Source of the DNA: the human T2T-CHM13v2.0 reference genome, Homo sapiens
Strand: one strand, 5' to 3'
Assembly (NCBI RefSeq): GCF_009914755.1
Contig: NC_060925.1
Length of the DNA: 64,000 nucleotides
Shown in pieces: positions 63,639-64,000 of this stretch. Both the position numbers and the translations under genes were made by a program. How positions within the stretch are numbered: position 1 is the stretch's first letter; each line of letters opens with the position of its first letter. A model generated the notes under the pieces. The model did not search any database, was not told the DNA's origin, and saw only the letters and a program-made list of their open reading frames with translations.

Positions 63639-64000
63639 AAGGTGGATTAAAGACTTAAATGTATGACTTGAAACTATAAAATTCCTAAAAGAAAACCTAG
63701 GAAAACCATTCTGGACATTGGCATTGGCAAAGAACTTATGACTGAGTCTTCAAAAGTAATTGTAACAAAAATAAAATTTGACAAGGGACCTAATTAAACT
63801 AAAGAGCTTCTATATAGCAAACCAAACTATCAACAAAGTGAAAAGACCACCCACAGAATGGGAGAAAATATTTGCAAACTATGCATCTGACAAAGATCTA
63901 ATAACCAGAATCTATGAGAAAGTTAAACAATTCAAAAAGCCAAAACAAAAATCATTAAATGTTTCTGTCTTAATATAACATTACTAAAATTGTAAAACTG

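Larger units (their letters stand above)
62573..63959 (-). mobile_element. L1PA15/16-like fragment with inversion (62573-~62806 minus; ~62808-63959 plus); 3' end lost
   Basis: The plus block ends at ..AAATCATTAAA, just before the L1 position where the minus block (AAAGGACATGAACAG) begins. Confidence 0.82.

Overview
Primate (hominoid-like: AluY, L1PA2/L1PA3 present) AT-rich, L1-dense, gene-poor genomic DNA, either intergenic or deep intronic. I find no protein-coding exon, RNA gene, CpG island or CRISPR array. The ORFs I can assign are decayed L1 ORF1/ORF2, Alu or Tigger transposase fragments; the rest look like chance frames. About two thirds of the window is nested transposon fossils: two near-full-length ancient L1MA elements, L1PA16-like, L1PA2, L1PA3, L1MB and L1MC/MD pieces, 14 Alus or Alu fragments, Tigger3b, a near-full-length Tigger4 (Zombi), and MaLR/ERVL LTR, L2, MIR and MER relics. 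Subfamily names come from my recall of consensus sequences and need a RepeatMasker/Dfam check. I cannot support a new biological system. The most interesting signals record DNA repair and rearrangement: (i) three locally templated insertions, two embedded in TA-rich tracts; (ii) three L1 5' inversions of the twin-priming type; (iii) a reconstructable ~1.4 kb inversion scrambling a nested L1MB-in-L1MC; (iv) two apparently non-consensus variants shared by neighbouring L1PA2 and L1PA3 copies, possibly from gene conversion; (v) a 25-bp minisatellite that arose inside an Alu target-site duplication (TSD); (vi) a non-repeat island bounded by a 13-bp inverted repeat carrying TAAT and TGACAG motifs.
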